DNA from: Candidatus Mcinerneyibacterium aminivorans
Lineage (GTDB): Bacteria; Macinerneyibacteriota; Macinerneyibacteria; Macinerneyibacteriales; Macinerneyibacteriaceae
Direction: 5' to 3'
Length of the DNA: 64,000 nt
Assembly: GCA_008086245.1 (NCBI GenBank)
Contig: VSIX01000003.1
Span: 1 to 64,000 of the forward strand
The position numbers were made by a program, and so were the translations under genes. This document shows, one piece after another, positions 61,468-64,000 of this stretch (its first letter is position 1; each line of letters starts with the position of its first letter). The notes under the pieces are model-generated. The model did no database searches and was not told the DNA's origin. It saw nothing but the letters and a program-made list of their open reading frames with translations.

Positions 61468-64000
61468 ATGAAAAAATTTTTACTTTTAATAGGGGTTCTG
61501 ATTTTTGGAATAAGTGTGTTGTTTGCTATTCCAGATACTATGACCCTGAATTTATCCGTATTAAATAACAGTGAAACATCGGATAATGGAGCTTATTTAT
61601 ATCATTTTTCAACAAACAAAGAAGTACAACTATCTCTGGAGGTTTCAGGAGTTCCCTCCGAGGTTCAGGAATATGATGATACCAACACTGCTCAGCCAGT
61701 TCCAGATTATAATTATTGTGTTGTGCTGGTAATAGAAAAAGGATTTTATAAAAGAATTAAAGAGCTTGAAAATGCAAATATTTTTTATTTCAATGACGGC
61801 ATTCACAATCTATCACCTACCTATATGTATTACAATGAACCCGGCTGGAATATTGAATCAAATTATATAACTGCCGAGGTGACACATTCTACAAATAATT
61901 CAGGTGGGATAGGTGGAATTACTTCCTCAATACCTCACTATTTTTTCTATAATGAGGATAACGGCAACCTTGATTTCGGTAGATACAGGGTATATGCGGA
62001 AGTAAGAAAATACAAACTTAATGAAAATGGAGAAGCGGTAATAAGCGAACTTAGTGAAAAAGATGCTGTTTTTGATGATAATGGAGATTATATCTGTACA
62101 ATGCAGGAAAGAGTTTCAAATATTGAATTTTTGGATTATGGTTGGATAGAATATCCTTTCAATATTGGAAATACCCTGGAAGGGGATTACTGGGCGATTA
62201 ATGCTGATGCCCTCAGTGCGGATCCATCTTCAATGATAAAGTATACTTCTAATTCCGAAGATGCATCGACTGCAAATTTTTCCTTTAAATGGAAAAAACC
62301 TACGGGTGCATCGGATGGTTCCTCCGATGTTGAATTTACACTGGAATATGCATATCAGGAGGGTGGGGATTATCAACCTCTAAAAAAATCAGATGGGACT
62401 CTGGTTTCAATGGCTGATTTCCAGTATGATTCGGCTACGGGAACCTGGTCATTTCCAACAACACTTGAAGAGATATTTGGTGATTATTACGGATTAATGT
62501 TTTTTAGAATAATGGCTCATGATCCCGGTTGGCCCAATGAAGCTGGAATGGATGAAGATGGTGATGGAACTGCTGAGGAATGGGATGGTTATTATGAGTC
62601 CCTAAATGAGATAGTAATTGATTATCATAAACTCGGATACTCGGTACTGCAGCCGGAGAATAGATCTGTACCTTATTACCAGGGAGAATTAATAAAATTT
62701 AGATGGGCTGCACCTGCTTTTGAAGCTACTTATGCACTCCAGTATAAGATGGTAGCGGACAGTCAGGGGAATGCAGTAACGGATTCAGAATGGATGACCC
62801 ATCAGGAATTTAATAATGACACCTACAGCTATGATGCGACCCCTGAAGAAATCTTCTCCGGATTTGGTACCTATGAAATAAGGATAAAAGGAGAAAGAAC
62901 CTCAAATGGAGAAGTTTACTATTCTGATAACACAGTTGAAATTGAATATCAATCTATAAATAGTGTAATTAAAGATTTCGTTATTCAGGATAGCTATTCT
63001 TCAGCTGGAGAACAGAGACACACAGATTTTATTATGCAGAATAGTTATGGTTCCACTAGTCCGTGTCCTTTATATATCAACTGGATAGAAAATCAAACAG
63101 TATTAAATTATTATTATACAATTCAAAAAGCTTCTGATCCTTCTCCTTCTGATAGTGATTTTCAGGAGATAACGGGATCTATTAATGATGGATCTCTTTC
63201 GGGTGAAAAATATTATGATTTTAATGTAAGCACTATTGATACTATCACAGGTCCGGGGGTTTACAGCTATTATTTCAAATTTGTCACCGAAGGAGGACAT
63301 GAACATGTAATTAAGAAGAACTTTAATGTACATAAATTCATGTGGAAAGTAATTCCAAGTTTTGATGAATCTTATTTCCAGGTTTTTGCTCTGGGAGAAG
63401 GACTGACCGATCCGGAAAAAAGTTTAAGTTTACTGGTACTTTCTGACAGTCAGGGTAATTCATGGAAATTGACACCAAAGGGAACAGGTTTATATGTAAG
63501 TCCTGATAGTTTTAATACCAGGATATATGACAATACTGTTAATTTTATTCTTGAATGCACCATGAGGAAAACAAATACCGATTACTATGTTCAGGTAGGT
63601 CCTTCTGTTCAATATAATGTAATTCAAATAAATAGCGAAGCATATACAATAACAAGGGGATTGGAACTGAATACCCATGATAATAATATAAAAATGGCAT
63701 ATATGAATGTAAATTTCCCTGAATACCATGGAATAGATGCAATAGATGGAAAGATTTACTATATTTCTTCAAACAGATACAGTCATATAGATATAAATAG
63801 AAAAAATGGGTATAAAACTTATAAATGGGAAAATGGAACATGGACTGAAGTAAATTCTATAGAGGGGTCAGGATATTATTCAGTTGCTGGAAATTCGACT
63901 GTCCCAAAAGTTGAAAAAACTGCTTTAAAGGGTAATTACCCAAATCCATTTAATCCATCAACAACTATAAAATTTGATATTGAAGAACCAGGTAATGTAA
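61468..64000 (+). CDS. Large secreted protein with T9SS (Por) C-terminal sorting domain, 3'-partial (runs off the window end)
   Basis: Signal peptide MKKFLLLIGVLIFGISVLFA; more than 840 aa with no stop in frame to position 64000; the final residues GNYPNPFNPSTTIKFDIEEPGNV match the start of the T9SS C-terminal domain (TIGR04183-like); not in the ORF track because the ORF is not closed within the window. Confidence 0.75.
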   Translation, partial: MKKFLLLIGVLIFGISVLFAIPDTMTLNLSVLNNSETSDNGAYLYHFSTNKEVQLSLEVSGVPSEVQEYDDTNTAQPVPDYNYCVVLVIEKGFYKRIKELENANIFYFNDGIHNLSPTYMYYNEPGWNIESNYITAEVTHSTNNSGGIGGITSSIPHYFFYNEDNGNLDFGRYRVYAEVRKYKLNENGEAVISELSEKDAVFDDNGDYICTMQERVSNIEFLDYGWIEYPFNIGNTLEGDYWAINADALSADPSSMIKYTSNSEDASTANFSFKWKKPTGASDGSSDVEFTLEYAYQEGGDYQPLKKSDGTLVSMADFQYDSATGTWSFPTTLEEIFGDYYGLMFFRIMAHDPGWPNEAGMDEDGDGTAEEWDGYYESLNEIVIDYHKLGYSVLQPENRSVPYYQGELIKFRWAAPAFEATYALQYKMVADSQGNAVTDSEWMTHQEFNNDTYSYDATPEEIFSGFGTYEIRIKGERTSNGEVYYSDNTVEIEYQSINSVIKDFVIQDSYSSAGEQRHTDFIMQNSYGSTSPCPLYINWIENQTVLNYYYTIQKASDPSPSDSDFQEITGSINDGSLSGEKYYDFNVSTIDTITGPGVYSYYFKFVTEGGHEHVIKKNFNVHKFMWKVIPSFDESYFQVFALGEGLTDPEKSLSLLVLSDSQGNSWKLTPKGTGLYVSPDSFNTRIYDNTVNFILECTMRKTNTDYYVQVGPSVQYNVIQINSEAYTITRGLELNTHDNNIKMAYMNVNFPEYHGIDAIDGKIYYISSNRYSHIDINRKNGYKTYKWENGTWTEVNSIEGSGYYSVAGNSTVPKVEKTALKGNYPNPFNPSTTIKFDIEEPGNV

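Noticed and set aside
63280-63300. HEHVI in the T9SS cargo protein as a zinc-metalloprotease HExxH motif
   Set aside because: The spacing is H-E-H, not H-E-x-x-H, and there is no downstream third ligand context.

Overview
This 64-kb window is a low-GC chromosomal segment (roughly one third G+C by eye), densely packed with mostly plus-strand housekeeping and bioenergetic genes, and looks like core chromosome rather than a mobile island. The gene content points to an anaerobic FCB-group bacterium, possibly Cloacimonadota-like: there is a type IX secretion (T9SS) C-terminal sorting tail on the last gene and a Na+-coupled methylmalonyl-CoA pathway. This placement is inference. In order, the window holds: a patatin/Omp85 fusion (PlpD-like), a GDPD-like protein, an SPFH protein, gcvH-gcvPA-gcvPB, hsp20, purF, an esterase, nfo, korDABC (2-oxoacid:ferredoxin oxidoreductase), pilB-pilT-pilC plus an odd fourth gene, pstSCAB-phoU-phoB-phoR with a candidate Pho box, an M23 peptidase plus bactofilin pair, a complete F1Fo ATP synthase operon, tRNA-Arg(CCG), and ackA. 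After ackA comes a split methylmalonyl-CoA mutase with meaB and the epimerase, then a Na+-pumping methylmalonyl-CoA decarboxylase (mmdA/D/C/B), a GNAT acetyltransferase, fbaB, a frameshifted acyl-CoA synthetase, nrdDG, a family-4 UDG, miaB, and a large T9SS cargo gene truncated by the window end. The ATP synthase has an unusual c-subunit arrangement: a fused double-hairpin c subunit with a single carboxylate, followed by a single-hairpin c subunit. Its alpha and beta subunits carry Lys/Glu-rich C-terminal tails. No CRISPR array, IS element, integrase or rRNA is visible. The most interesting non-coding structure is a cluster of near-perfect palindromes after nrdG, a repeated AAAATCTC-N-GAGATTTT palindrome flanking a 1.5-kb segment (tandem small lysine-rich ORFs plus UDG), and a 590-bp structured spacer with three intrinsic terminators and tandem direct repeats upstream of miaB.
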